Source of the DNA: an uncultured delta proteobacterium | Lineage (GTDB): Bacteria; Desulfobacterota; Binatia; JACPRU01 | Assembly (NCBI GenBank): GCA_963745025.1 | Contig: CAVUWD010000006.1 | Location: 352,001-416,000 of the forward strand | Length of the DNA stretch: 64,000 nt | Direction of reading: 5' to 3' | Shown here: one piece after another, positions 25,247 through 35,911 of the stretch | How positions within the stretch are numbered: position 1 is the stretch's first letter | Layout of the letters: each line of letters starts with the position of its first letter | Made by a program: the position numbers and the translations under genes | The notes under the pieces: generated by a model | What the model saw: only the letters and a program-made list of their open reading frames with translations | The model's database searches: none | What the model was told of the DNA's origin: nothing

Positions 25247-25974
25247 GCACCGGGAAGGAGCTGAGGTTCGCCCGCGGCGGCGAGACGCTGCGCGGATACC
25301 TTGCCGCTCCCGATGCGGCAGCCGAGCGCCCCGCGGTGGTGCTCATCCCAGACGTCCACGGCTTGTCGGACCTCTATCGCGAGATCGCCGAACGCTTCGC
25401 GGCGCGCGGATTCATGACGCTCGCGGTCGACCTCTATACCCGCGAGGGCGCGCCGAAGCTCACAAGCCCCGCGCAAGCGATGGCGTGGATCGCCGCGCTT
25501 CCCGACCCGCGCGTGCTCGGCGATCTGCAGGCGGCGGTCGATTTCCTCGCATCGAACGCCCGCGCGACGCGACGCGTCGGCATCACCGGGTTCTGCATGG
25601 GTGGACAATACGCGCTGCTCGCCGCGTGCTCCCTACGCGGCGTCTCGGCCTGTGTCAGCTTCTACGGTATGCTCCGCTACCCCGAGCGAAACCAGACGAA
25701 GCCGCAGAGCCCGCTCGACGCGGCCGCCGAGCTCACGTGCCCCTACCTCGGCATCTTCGGCGAAGACGATGCGCTCATCCCGATGAGCGACGTCGCCGAG
25801 CTCGGCGCTCGGCTCGAGAGCGCTCGCAAGACGTTCGAGATCGAGCGCTACCCCGGCTGCGGACACGCGTTCCTCAACTACACGCGCCCCGACGCGTACC
25901 GCGCCGCAGCCGCCGCCGACGCTTTCGAGCGCAGCGTCGCGTTTTTCGACGCGCATCTGCCTGCGAAGGCGTGA
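25243..25974 (+). CDS. Dienelactone hydrolase family protein
   Basis: GITGFCMGG nucleophile, GEDDALIP, GCGHAF; start overlaps the MFS stop. Confidence 0.85.
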   Translation: MSTGKELRFARGGETLRGYLAAPDAAAERPAVVLIPDVHGLSDLYREIAERFAARGFMTLAVDLYTREGAPKLTSPAQAMAWIAALPDPRVLGDLQAAVDFLASNARATRRVGITGFCMGGQYALLAACSLRGVSACVSFYGMLRYPERNQTKPQSPLDAAAELTCPYLGIFGEDDALIPMSDVAELGARLESARKTFEIERYPGCGHAFLNYTRPDAYRAAAAADAFERSVAFFDAHLPAKA

Positions 25975-26723
25975 GGTCGAGACGCAAGAAGCGCACGGCG
26001 CGAGCGCGGTTCGCCCGGGTGTTCACGCTGCTCGCCGCGTCGGTCGTCGGCGGACTCGTCGTCTGGGAGGCGCTCTTTCTTCGACTCGATGACCTGCGCG
26101 ACCCAAAGGAGGTGCGTGTTCTCAGCGTACCGGCGCCCCAGGGACCGAGGCAGCTCGTGGTAGGTCCGCAGAACCCGTATTGGACCCCGCTCGGTGCGAC
26201 CTCGCGCATGCTCGTCCTCTGTGTGGTGCGTTCCGAGGATGCCAAGTTCTTCCAGCACTCCGGATTCGACTGGGATCAGATGCAGGATTCTCTCGAAACC
26301 GATCTGGAGGAAGGGAAGTACAAGCGCGGCGGCAGCACGATCACCATGCAGCTGGCGCGCAATCTGTTCCTCTGGCGCGGCAAGTCGCTGCCCCGCAAGG
26401 CGCTCGAGGTGTACCTGACCTGGCGGCTCGAGCACACGCTGGCGAAGAAGCGCATCCTCGAGCTCTATCTGAACGCCGTCGAGTGGGGACCAGGGATCTA
26501 CGGCATCGGCGAGGCGAGCCGTCATTACTTCGGCAAGCCGCCAGCGGCGCTGACGCTCGGCGAATCGGCGATGCTGGCGGCGATCCTGCCGAACCCGCTC
26601 CGCTGGAACCCCGAGCGCGCGCCGCAGGCGGCGATGCGACGTCAGCAGGAGCTGCTCGCCCGCCTGCGGCGCGACAACGCCGTCGAGGACCTGCCCATGG
26701 CGGCGGAGCCGTTGCGGGAGTGA
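25971..26723 (+). CDS. mtgA: Monofunctional peptidoglycan transglycosylase
   Basis: SEDAKFFQHSGFD, RGGSTITMQLARNLF, RKALE, ELYLNAVEWG. Confidence 0.85.
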   Translation: MRSRRKKRTARARFARVFTLLAASVVGGLVVWEALFLRLDDLRDPKEVRVLSVPAPQGPRQLVVGPQNPYWTPLGATSRMLVLCVVRSEDAKFFQHSGFDWDQMQDSLETDLEEGKYKRGGSTITMQLARNLFLWRGKSLPRKALEVYLTWRLEHTLAKKRILELYLNAVEWGPGIYGIGEASRHYFGKPPAALTLGESAMLAAILPNPLRWNPERAPQAAMRRQQELLARLRRDNAVEDLPMAAEPLRE

Positions 26724-26730
26724 GCTCCGC

Positions 26731-29512
26731 TCACGAGCAGCCGCTCGTCGCGCCGCAGTTCCAGCATTTGTAGCAGGCGCCGTTGCGGATCATGATCGAT
26801 CCACAATCGGAGCATGTCGGTGCATCGGCCTGCGGGCTGAAGCCAAGGCTCGGCGGAATGGCCGGTGCGGGTTCCTTGTCCCGGACGGTGACGAGCCGAG
26901 GTGTGGCAGGCCACGGCCCGGCGTCGCTCGACGCGGAGGATTCCTGCCGCTCGATGATACCGATCTCTTTCTTGGCCTCGGGGTTCAGGAAACGCGAGCC
27001 GAGGAAGCGGAAGATGTAGTCGGTGAGCGACTTCGCCATCGGGATCTCCGGATTCTTGGTGAAGCCCGACGGCTCGAAACGGACGTGGCTGAACTTCGAG
27101 ACCAGCACCTCGAGCGGCACGCCGTACTGGAGCGCCATCGAGCGTCAGCGTGGCGATCGTGTCCATCAGGCCGGAGATCGTGCTGCCCTCCTTGGCCATC
27201 TTGATGAAGATCTCGCCCGGCGTGCCGTCCTCGAAGAAGCCGACGTGGATGTAGCCCTCGTGACCGGCGATGTCGAACTTGTGGCAGATCGCGGCACGAT
27301 CGGCCGGCAGTCGCCGGCGCGTCGGCCGGATTCGACCGTCGTCTCGGCGACCGCGGTCGCCGCCGCCGCGTCCGCCTTCTTGCCGGTGTTCAGCGGCTGG
27401 GTCCGCTTGCAGCCGTCGCGGTAGATCGCGACCGCCTTCAACCCGAGGCGCCACGCCTCGATGTACGCCTGTTCGATCTCCTCGACCGTCGCCTCGTTCG
27501 GCATGTTGACCGTCTTGGAGATCGCGCCGGAGATGAACGGCTGGACGGCGCCCATCATGCGCACGTGGCCGAGGGGGTGAATGGACGCGCGTGCCGCGCG
27601 CGGGCTTGAAGGCGCAGTCGAAGACGGCGAGGTGCTCGGGCTTGAGACGCGGCGCGCCTTCGATCGTCTCCTGCTCGTCGATGTACTCGACGATGTCCTG
27701 GATCTCGCTCGCGTCGTAGCCGAGCCGCCGCAGCGCCCGCGGCACGGTGTTGTTGACGATCTTCAGCACGCCGCCGCCGACGAGCTTCTTGTACTTGACG
27801 AGCGCGATGTCGGGCTCGACGCCCGTGGTGTCGCAGTCCATCATGAAGGCGATCGTGCCGGTCGGCGCGAGCACCGTGACCTGCGAGTTGCGGTACGCCG
27901 TCCTCGCGACCGAGCTCGAGCGTCTCGTCCCAGACGCTCGCGAATCGCGGAATAGAGCGGCAGCGGCACGAGCGAGGGATCGAGCCGGTGCGCATGGCTG
28001 CGATGCTTCTCGATCACGCTGAGCATGCGGCTCGCGGTTCTTCGCGTAGCCCGCGAACGGCCCCATGGCGCCGGCGATGCGTGCCGACTGCAGGTACGCT
28101 TCACCGCACATCAGCGCCGTGATCGCCGCCGCGTATTCGCGGCCCGGCTTCGGAATCGTAGGGCAGCCCCATCGCCATCAGCAGCGCGCCGAGGTTCGCG
28201 TAACCGAGCCCGAGCTCGCGATAGTCGCTGCGCGTTCTGCGCGATCTCCGTCGTCGGGTAGCTCGAGTTGTCGATGATGATGTCCTGCGCCGTGATCAGC
28301 ACGTCGACGGCGTGGCGGAACGAGTCGACGTCGAACTCGAGGTCCTCGTTCGACGAACTTCATCAGGTTGAGCGAGGCGAGGTTACAGGCCGAGTCGTCG
28401 AGGTGCATGTATTCGGAGCACGGATTCGACGCGTTGATCGCGGCCCGTTGCCGGGCAGGTGTGCCAGTCGTTGATCGTCGTGTCGAACTGCAAGCCCGGG
28501 GTCGCCGCAGAAGTGTGCCGCCATCGGAGATCTTGCGCATCAGCTCGCGGGCACGGAACGTCTCGCAGGGTTCCCCTGTGGTGACGTAGCGAGTCGTCCA
28601 GTCCTCGTCGTCGGCGACCGCCTTCATGAACTCGTCGGTCACGCGGACCGAGTTGTTGGCGTTCTGGAAGAAGACGGATGCGTACGCCGGTCCATCGAGG
28701 CTCGAGTCGTAGCCCGCATCGATCAACGCCCAGGCCTTCTTCTCTTCCTCCATCTTGCAGTCGATGAAATCCACGATGTCCGGGTGGTCGATGTTCAGCA
28801 CGACCATCTTCGCGGCACGCCGGGTCTTGCCGCCCGACTTGATCACTCCCGCCGACGCATCGGCTGCCCTCATGAAGGAGACCGGGCCGGAGGCCGTGCC
28901 GCCGCCGCCGAGCCGCTCCTTGGACGAGCGGATGCGGGAGAGGTTCACGCCCGAGCCGGAGCCTCCTTTGAAGATGACCCCCTCGCGGCGATACCAGTCG
29001 AGAATCGAGTCCATCGTGTCGTCGACGGAGAGGATGAAGCACGCCGAGCACTGCGGCTTCGGCTCGACGCCGACGTTGAACCACACGGGACTGTTGAAGG
29101 CCGCCATCTGGTGAAGCAGCAGATGCGTGAGCTCGTCGGCGAACGTCTCCGCCTCGCCGGGCGTGGCGAAGTAGCCCTGCATCTCACCCCACGCACGCAT
29201 CGTACGAACCACGCGCCCGATCAGTTGCCGGACGCTCGACTCGCGCTGTGGCGTGCCGATGGGGCCGCGGAAATACTTGGAGACGACGACGTTGGTCGCG
29301 AGCTGCGACCAGCTCTTGGGGATCTCGACTTCGTGCTGCTCGAAGACCACCTCTCCCTTTTCACCGCTGATGACCGCGCTGCGGTGCTCCCATTCGACGG
29401 TTGAGTAGGGGTCGACACCCGCCCGCGTGAACAAACGCCGAAGCTCAAACGCGCGCCGACGTGCTGGCCGCCCACCCGTCGCTCGCTCGCTACGCTGTGT
29501 CTGCTCTGCCAT
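26731..29512 (-). CDS. nrdJ: Adenosylcobalamin-dependent (class II) ribonucleotide reductase (frameshifted)
   Basis: [47 protein letters not shown]-terminal CSDC...CYKCWNCG. Confidence 0.92.
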
Positions 29513-29553
29513 GAAATCTCTCCAATTTGCCGTGGATCCCGCCGATGACCTCA

Positions 29554-29607
29554 CTCGCATATCTAGTAGGTGTCCGGATCATGTGCCACTACATCTTGTG
29601 CTGTCAA
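29554..29607 (-). promoter_or_regulatory. Two NrdR boxes plus -35 element upstream of nrdJ
   Basis: CCACTACATCTTGTGC (29586-29601) fits acaCwAtATaTwGtg; a weaker copy CTCGCATATCTAGTAG lies 32 bp away; minus-strand TTGACA at 29602-29607. Confidence 0.7.
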
Positions 29608-29715
29608 GCGAAAACCGCGAAACCTTCGTGCCGCGCTGCGGCACCCTCGCGCGAGCTCAAAGGCACGCTCGCTGCCACGATTGCCAGAGCGTGACCGACA
29701 CCCTATTCTCCTACC

Positions 29716-30180
29716 GTGGCATCGCGAAGCGTCACGCGCGCAGGGCAGGTGCTCCACGATCTCGTCGACCGTCTCGAGTTCCGCGAGCGCCTGCGCGAAC
29801 ACGCGGTCTGGAACGTGTGGCGCGAGGTGGTCGGCGACCTCCTCGCCTCCAAGGCGGAGCCGGTGCGCATCGAGGACGGGAAGCTCTTCGTACGAGTCGC
29901 CAACTCCACATGGATGCAAGAGCTGCAGTTCCTGACGGACGACATCCGCCATCGCTTGAATCATCGCCTGGGCGCGCCAATCGTGCGCGAGTTCTTCCTC
30001 ATCCTGGGTGCCGGGAAACGGCGCAGGAAAAGAGACCTCCCTCCCACGATTCATCCGGTCGATGAGTCGGCGATTGCGGCACTGGTTCCGATGATCGACA
30101 AGCCCGAGATCGAAGCGGCGCTGCGCCGTCTCGCTCGCGCAAGGGCCCGCCGTCTCGGACCCGCCGGCGAAGGCTGCTAG
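29716..30180 (+). CDS. DUF721/DciA family protein
   Basis: WREVVGDLLA...LFVRVANSTWMQELQF...RLN motif. Confidence 0.75.
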   Translation: MASRSVTRAGQVLHDLVDRLEFRERLREHAVWNVWREVVGDLLASKAEPVRIEDGKLFVRVANSTWMQELQFLTDDIRHRLNHRLGAPIVREFFLILGAGKRRRKRDLPPTIHPVDESAIAALVPMIDKPEIEAALRRLARARARRLGPAGEGC

Positions 30181-30198
30181 CGATCGCTAGGCCCCAGG

Positions 30199-30822
30199 AT
30201 GAGCGTGATCACGATCGGTCTGACCGGAGGGATCGGCTGCGGCAAGAGCGCAGCCGCGGCGATTCTCGGTGAGCTGGGCGCGGTGCTCATCGACGCCGAC
30301 AAGGTCGGGCACGAGGTCTACGAGCCGGGGACGCCGTGCTGGGACGCGCTGGTCGGTGCCTTCGGCCGGGACATCGTCGCCGCCGACCGAACCATCGATC
30401 GAAAGAAACTCGGCGTCCGCGTCTTTTCCGACCCTCTGGCGCTGAAGCGCTTGAACGCGCTCGTCCAGCCCCGCATCGCCGACAAGATCAACGAACGCGT
30501 TCGCGACCTGCGCGCCCGAGGGATCGAAGCGCCGATCGTCGTCGAAGCCGCCGTGCTGATCGAGGCCGGCTGGCAGTGGCTCGTCGACGAGATCTGGGTG
30601 ATTACGAGCTCGCGCGGGCGGGCAATCGAGCGCGTGATCGCCGCTCGAGGTCTATCGCGCGGAGAAGTCGAGCAGCGGATCGACAGTCAGATCTGCGAGG
30701 CGGAGCGGACGCGGGACGCTGACTGCGTGATTCCTAACGACGGGACGCTCGCCGAGCTCCGCGCCGAAATCGAACGTTGCTGGCGGGAACGCGTCGCTCG
30801 AGCGAAGGCCGTGAGCGAGTGA
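30199..30822 (+). CDS. coaE: Dephospho-CoA kinase
   Basis: IGLTGGIGCGKS, IDADKVGH, IDRKKLG. Confidence 0.92.
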   Translation: MSVITIGLTGGIGCGKSAAAAILGELGAVLIDADKVGHEVYEPGTPCWDALVGAFGRDIVAADRTIDRKKLGVRVFSDPLALKRLNALVQPRIADKINERVRDLRARGIEAPIVVEAAVLIEAGWQWLVDEIWVITSSRGRAIERVIAARGLSRGEVEQRIDSQICEAERTRDADCVIPNDGTLAELRAEIERCWRERVARAKAVSE

Positions 30823-31550
30823 TGAGCGAGAGCGCGAAGCTTCGCGGCATCCTGCTCGACCTCGACGGCACGATCGCCGATTCGATAGAATTCTTTTACG
30901 GCCTCGCCTGCGAGATGCTCGGAGCCGCGGACTGCGCTCCGCCCGAGCGAAGCGAGGTGCTCGACGCTATCGCCAATGGCGTGGTTCCTCACGAGCGCTT
31001 CCTGCCGGCGGACTTTCCCAACCGTGAGGCGTTCTTGGCCCGGCTCTATCGCGATCACTTCCCGAACTGGATCCGCCGCTACGGGACGGAGATCGAACCG
31101 CTGGTGGGCGCCGTCGAGACCGTCCGTGTTCTCGAATGCCGGGGGCTCCGGCTCGCGCTCGTCACGTCGTCTTCGGGTCCACTGCCGTTTCTCGATCGGT
31201 GGGGAATCCGCACCTCGTTTTCGGCGATCATCGGGCGTGACGACGTTCGCCGCATCAAGCCCGATCCCGAGGCGGTGCTGCTGGCTCTCGAGCGGTTAGG
31301 TCTCGATCCCTCGGAGGTGGTCAACGTCGGCGATACGCCGCTCGACGTGCGTGCAGGCCTCGCGGCCGGGGTCGCGACGGTCGGCGTCCTCACGGGTGCC
31401 GGGACGGAGCACCAGTTGCGCGCCGCGGGCGCCTCGCAGATTCTTCAGTCGCTCGCCGAGCTGCCAGATTTTCTCGATCGGATCTTCTCTGATAAGGACG
31501 CTGGAGAATGCGACACGCGCCGAAGCGGACCACGATCCACGAGGTCTTGA
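30822..31550 (+). CDS. HAD-family hydrolase (phosphoglycolate phosphatase-like)
   Basis: LDLDGTIADS, KPDPE, VGDTPLD motifs. Confidence 0.85.
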   Translation: MSESAKLRGILLDLDGTIADSIEFFYGLACEMLGAADCAPPERSEVLDAIANGVVPHERFLPADFPNREAFLARLYRDHFPNWIRRYGTEIEPLVGAVETVRVLECRGLRLALVTSSSGPLPFLDRWGIRTSFSAIIGRDDVRRIKPDPEAVLLALERLGLDPSEVVNVGDTPLDVRAGLAAGVATVGVLTGAGTEHQLRAAGASQILQSLAELPDFLDRIFSDKDAGECDTRRSGPRSTRS

Positions 31551-32095
31551 GGATTGCCATGGATCTCGAGAAGCGGACCATGGCGCTCTACACGGCGTTC
31601 GTGTCCCAGCACGCCACGGAGCCGGAACTGCAAAAGTTCTGGTTGACGATGGCGCGGCACGAAGCCGGTCACTTCGGCGCCCTCGCGCTCGTCGAGAGCA
31701 TGATTCAGAACGACCCGAAGCTCGAGGTCCGACGCAAGGTGTGGTTCGACGAGGTTACGGTCGTGCGTCTCCGTTCGCTGCTCGGCGCGTACCTGCGTGA
31801 GGCGCAACGACCCGTGACGGTCGAGCGCGCGCTCGAAATGGCGATCGACCTGGAGAGCTCGGAGCTCGAAGACGTGGTCGTCGATCTCATGCAGGTCGTC
31901 AAAGACACGGTCTGGCGCGAACAAGCGATGCAGTTCTTGATCCACGACCTCGGCGACCTCAGCTACATGGTCGAGAAGTTCACCCGCGATCCGAAGCTCC
32001 TCCGCCGCGCCGACGATCTCCTCGACCGGCGGGTGAAGGCGCTGCGCTCCCGCAAAGAGAGACGCAGCGAGGCGGCCGAGTTCGACGCTCGATAG
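31508..32095 (+). CDS. Ferritin-like / rubrerythrin-family protein
   Basis: AMDLEKRTMALY...ARHEAGH...ALEMAIDLE four-helix diiron-type pattern. Confidence 0.6.
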   Translation: MRHAPKRTTIHEVLRIAMDLEKRTMALYTAFVSQHATEPELQKFWLTMARHEAGHFGALALVESMIQNDPKLEVRRKVWFDEVTVVRLRSLLGAYLREAQRPVTVERALEMAIDLESSELEDVVVDLMQVVKDTVWREQAMQFLIHDLGDLSYMVEKFTRDPKLLRRADDLLDRRVKALRSRKERRSEAAEFDAR

Positions 32096-32105
32096 CAAGA
32101 GACGC

Positions 32106-32540
32106 GTGTTCCGAACCCACATTTGCGAGATGCTCGGCACGGAATACCCGATCTGGCTGGCAGGAATGGGCGGCGTGTCCGTGGCGCCGCTCGTCGCCGC
32201 GATTTCCAACGCGGGAGAACTCGGTGTCATCGGTGCGGCCACACCCGGTCCCGAAGGCTTGCGGCGCGAGAGCCGCAAGACGCGAGAGCTGACCGACAAG
32301 CCGTTCGCCGTCGATCTTCTCGCCCCGATCCCCGACATGATCGGGCCGCACATGCGGGTTCATCAAGTGGCCTACTCCTCGCAGCAAGGTGTGACCGACT
32401 ACGTCGGCCGCGGCGGCGGTTGTGACCCGGCGGCGGAGATTTTCCGTACGATCGTCGTGGAGGCGGACGGCCTCGTCGAGGGAACCTTCCGAAATGACGA
32501 AAGCGACGGGCGACGTGGGCCGGCCGCGGCTCGGCCTTGA
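32106..32540 (+). pseudogene. Nitronate monooxygenase/FabK-family gene with a large internal deletion
   Basis: N-terminus ICEMLGTEYPIWLAGMGGVS...TDKPFAVDL joined after about 85 aa to a C-terminal-like PAAEIFRTIVVEA; the central barrel is missing. Confidence 0.6.
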
Positions 32541-32544
32541 CCTG

Positions 32545-33089
32545 ATGCTGCCGCTCCGTCGTCTCGAAATCTGTCGCCACGCCCCAAGGGATCGGAGCTC
32601 GGTGGTGACTGCCTGAGCCCGGAAGGCATTGAGCAAGCCCACCGGTTGGGGCGTTCACTTCGAGACGGTTACACGCATCTGTATTCCTCCGGCGCACAGC
32701 GCGCGACCCAAACGCTCGCCTGCATCGTCGCCGGCATGGGTCGCCACGTGCTGAGGGGGGTCGTCGTCAGACCCGGTCTCGGATCACCTCGTGAGGCCGA
32801 ATGGCGCGACACCGTTCGTGCCGCGGGGAGCACGAGCCTCGAAAGCTGCTCTCCCAGAATGAGTCTCTGGTCCGCGAGGAATCCGCACGCCTCGCGACGG
32901 AGCTGCGCGCGATTCTCGCCGATCTTCCGGAAGGTGCTTACGGTCTCGCGATCGGCCACAGCCCGCTCACGGAATGCGGCGTTTATGGCCTTCACTGGAA
33001 CTTTGTATGCCCCGCTCAAGGAATGCGGTGGATTTTTGATCGTGCAGGTGAAGGGCGGGAGGCTTGATGTGGAAAGCATGGAAGCATGA
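32545..33089 (+). pseudogene. Frameshifted histidine phosphatase superfamily gene
   Basis: CRHA, LSPEGIEQAHRLG, LYSSGAQRATQTL and AIGHSP motifs are spread over three frames. Confidence 0.6.
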
Positions 33090-33108
33090 TGCGTTTATCC
33101 ACGTTTAC

Positions 33109-34443
33109 CTAGCTAGGCCATTCCGCGATACGCTCGGCAGGAACACTTATTGTGAAGACGGAGCCCCCACCATCTCTAGGTTCGTACTTTAGCGTCCCTC
33201 CCCAGTTACGCACAAGGTTACTCGAAAGACCTAGCCCCGCGCCGAGGCCACCGCCGGGCCTCATTCCGACTTTCGGAGTGGACAGCTGAAACAATCGCTC
33301 ACGAGCCTCCGCCGATACCCCCTGGCCGTTATCTATGACAAAGACTTGCGCGCCGTCCCAACCTGGCACTTGGCTTGATCGTATCACTATCGCGCCCGTG
33401 CCGTTGTCCTCGACCGATTTTATGCTGTTCATTACAAGGTTTCTGAGCACATGATATGCATGTTCCCGCTTCACCCGCACGATCGGCCAACGGCCTTCAA
33501 TGGCTAGATTGACATTGCGTTCCTTGCATTCCGAGCTCAAATCCCGAGCGAGTTCACAGACCACATCCACCAATTTGTATGTAGGCGTCTCTTCGTTTTC
33601 CTGACCCAACTGGAACAAGCCCAGAGTGGCAACAGCAGATTCTACGCTGCGCAATCGGTCGTCGATCATGCCAATGAATCTCCCACAGCCAGTTAGATCC
33701 TTCTCTCGACAACTTCTAAGAGCTTCGCTGCACGCGCCGGAAATTGCCGCAAGCGGGCTATAGACATCATGCTGCACCAGGGCGGATAGCAACACCATAC
33801 CCTCTCTCGCCGTCTGCTCTTTGCTGTACGCAACCCCTAGTTCGCGCTTCTGCGTATACACTTCCAGTGTCTTTTCTCTCAGCTGCTCGGCTAGTGTCCC
33901 CGCTAAATATCCGAACACAAAAAACTGCAATATCGATCCAGCGAGCATTATCACCTTCCCCTCCGGCGTGAAATGCGCACCGAAAGCAACGTGCTGATGG
34001 GGTATTAACGCCATTTCCTCTGCCACGACCAGAATGGTGAGACAGAAAGCAGACCATGCTGCGAGTCGAAACGACGTCTTCATCGTGGAAAACGTAGCGG
34101 ACGTCACGATCATAATAATATACGCAACTATCGATATTGGAATATCCAAAGTGCCGAGACAATAGACGATTGCTGTCACGGCCAAAAGGTCGAAAGCCCA
34201 GTGAAAACGGAAATCATCCAGCGGATAACCTCTCTTCTTACCAATCCACCACAATAGAGGATTAACACAAATAAGCAGCGTCAACATTCCGTTTAGCCAC
34301 TGCAAGCCCGCTATTTGCTCACCTATTCCCCCTGCTTTTAGACTCACAAAGAGCGCAAGAAACACAGCCGCCGCCACGCCGCGGATCATCAACCCGCGCC
34401 TATAGATCGTGCGGCGATCTACAGACGACCACGTGACTTCCAT
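33109..34443 (-). CDS. Membrane sensor histidine kinase (multi-TM N-terminus, HisKA, HATPase)
   Basis: About 6 TM segments; H-box QHDVYSPL, N-box RNLVMNS, DNGQG, GLGAGLGLS. Confidence 0.85.
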   Translation of the reverse strand: MEVTWSSVDRRTIYRRGLMIRGVAAAVFLALFVSLKAGGIGEQIAGLQWLNGMLTLLICVNPLLWWIGKKRGYPLDDFRFHWAFDLLAVTAIVYCLGTLDIPISIVAYIIMIVTSATFSTMKTSFRLAAWSAFCLTILVVAEEMALIPHQHVAFGAHFTPEGKVIMLAGSILQFFVFGYLAGTLAEQLREKTLEVYTQKRELGVAYSKEQTAREGMVLLSALVQHDVYSPLAAISGACSEALRSCREKDLTGCGRFIGMIDDRLRSVESAVATLGLFQLGQENEETPTYKLVDVVCELARDLSSECKERNVNLAIEGRWPIVRVKREHAYHVLRNLVMNSIKSVEDNGTGAIVIRSSQVPGWDGAQVFVIDNGQGVSAEARERLFQLSTPKVGMRPGGGLGAGLGLSSNLVRNWGGTLKYEPRDGGGSVFTISVPAERIAEWPS

Positions 34444-34485
34444 TGGGAGCTCGTGATGCTACTTGTTTTCTCGGTAACGCGAAAG

Positions 34486-35910
34486 CTAAGAGCGGCTTGC
34501 CGAGCCTACTTCTCGATTCGCGGTTTTCGGCACGGAGAAGCAAAACCGACTACCCACTCTCGACTGTGACTCGACCCAGATTCGGCCGCCCCACCTTTCG
34601 ACGATCCGCTTCGACATTGCTAATCCCACACCCTCTCCTTCCTGCACGACGCCTGCCACTGTTTGGTCGGGGCCCCGATGATACAGCTGAAATACGCGCT
34701 CGCGTTGTCCACTGCTGATCCCTATGCCGTTATCTGTGACTGAAATGATCCACTCCGTGCCCAACTGATGCGAAGCGATCTGTATTTGCGGATGTGGTTT
34801 GTCGCCCACGTACTTAATGGCGTTATCGATCAAGTTGGTCAAGACGTGCTTAACTTGCGTCTCACTTGCCATTATTGTGGGCAGATCTGTGACCGTGATG
34901 CGCACTCCTTTCGATTCTAACCGCGCGCTCTCCGCTCGAAGGATCGCCTGGGTCACTTCTGCGACATCAATAAGCCGTTCAGCCGCCTCTTGATGATCGA
35001 CACGAAACAGGCGGAGAAGCTGGACCAACATTTCGTTCATTCGTCTCGTGTCGTCAAGTAAATGCTCAGCATATCGCCTAGCTCGATCTCTTACCCCGCC
35101 CCCCTCGATCGCCAATAGACGTCGTGCAGTTTCGGTGGCACCGACTGAGACATTCTTTAGGTCATGGGTTACAATGTGGACAAACCCCTCGATTTCTGTG
35201 TTGCGTCTTTCCAGTTCACGAGTTCTCTCCGCAACTTTGGCTTCGAGAAACTTGTTCTGCGCCTCAATCTGATTTCGCGCACGACCTAGATCCGCGTTCG
35301 CGTACTTCAGTTGGTCCGCCAATGTCCCAGCAAGGTATGCGAAGATGTAGTAGAAGGCGACGGCAAATATCAGGGAAGCGATCCGCATCCCGTCTGTCAT
35401 GTCCATACCCCAGACGTGAGGAGGGTTTATCAGTTCGTAAAGCTGTGCGACTGAAAACACTATAGTCGTCACTGTTGCTGCGGAGGCGACCACAAACGAC
35501 GATCGCTTCGAAAGGAAGGTGGCAGACGTAACGACGATCATCACATACGCCAGGAAGCCGTAAGGGACATCGATTCCTCCGAGCAGATACAAAACCCCCG
35601 AAATCAAAATCAAATCTATCAACCAGTGAATGTAGAACTGGCGTAAAGGGAAAGCGGCTCTTACGGCGGCATACCAGTACAGTCCGTTCACAGCAACGAG
35701 ACAGCCGAGAATACTGAAAAGAGCTGAGAGTTGAAGCTCTGGGAGGTATGTAAGTTCGGCAATGCAAAAGAACACAAACGCGAATGCCCCGCTAACTCTC
35801 GAGCGAAATTGTAGACCGTCGGCAAATTTGTGACGCCGCTCGGGAAGCGGCTCATCAGGACACGGAAGAACGATGTTTAGGTATTCCGAAAACACCATCT
35901 TGCGCGTCAC
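34486..35910 (-). CDS. Membrane sensor histidine kinase (PilS/RegB-like TM domain)
   Basis: DLILISGVLYLLGGIDVPYGF TM motif; coiled coil KVAERTRELE; THDLKN, NLIDNAIKY, DNGIGI, GEGVGLA. Confidence 0.88.
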   Translation of the reverse strand: MTRKMVFSEYLNIVLPCPDEPLPERRHKFADGLQFRSRVSGAFAFVFFCIAELTYLPELQLSALFSILGCLVAVNGLYWYAAVRAAFPLRQFYIHWLIDLILISGVLYLLGGIDVPYGFLAYVMIVVTSATFLSKRSSFVVASAATVTTIVFSVAQLYELINPPHVWGMDMTDGMRIASLIFAVAFYYIFAYLAGTLADQLKYANADLGRARNQIEAQNKFLEAKVAERTRELERRNTEIEGFVHIVTHDLKNVSVGATETARRLLAIEGGGVRDRARRYAEHLLDDTRRMNEMLVQLLRLFRVDHQEAAERLIDVAEVTQAILRAESARLESKGVRITVTDLPTIMASETQVKHVLTNLIDNAIKYVGDKPHPQIQIASHQLGTEWIISVTDNGIGISSGQRERVFQLYHRGPDQTVAGVVQEGEGVGLAMSKRIVERWGGRIWVESQSRVGSRFCFSVPKTANREVGSASRS

Positions 35911-35911
35911 A

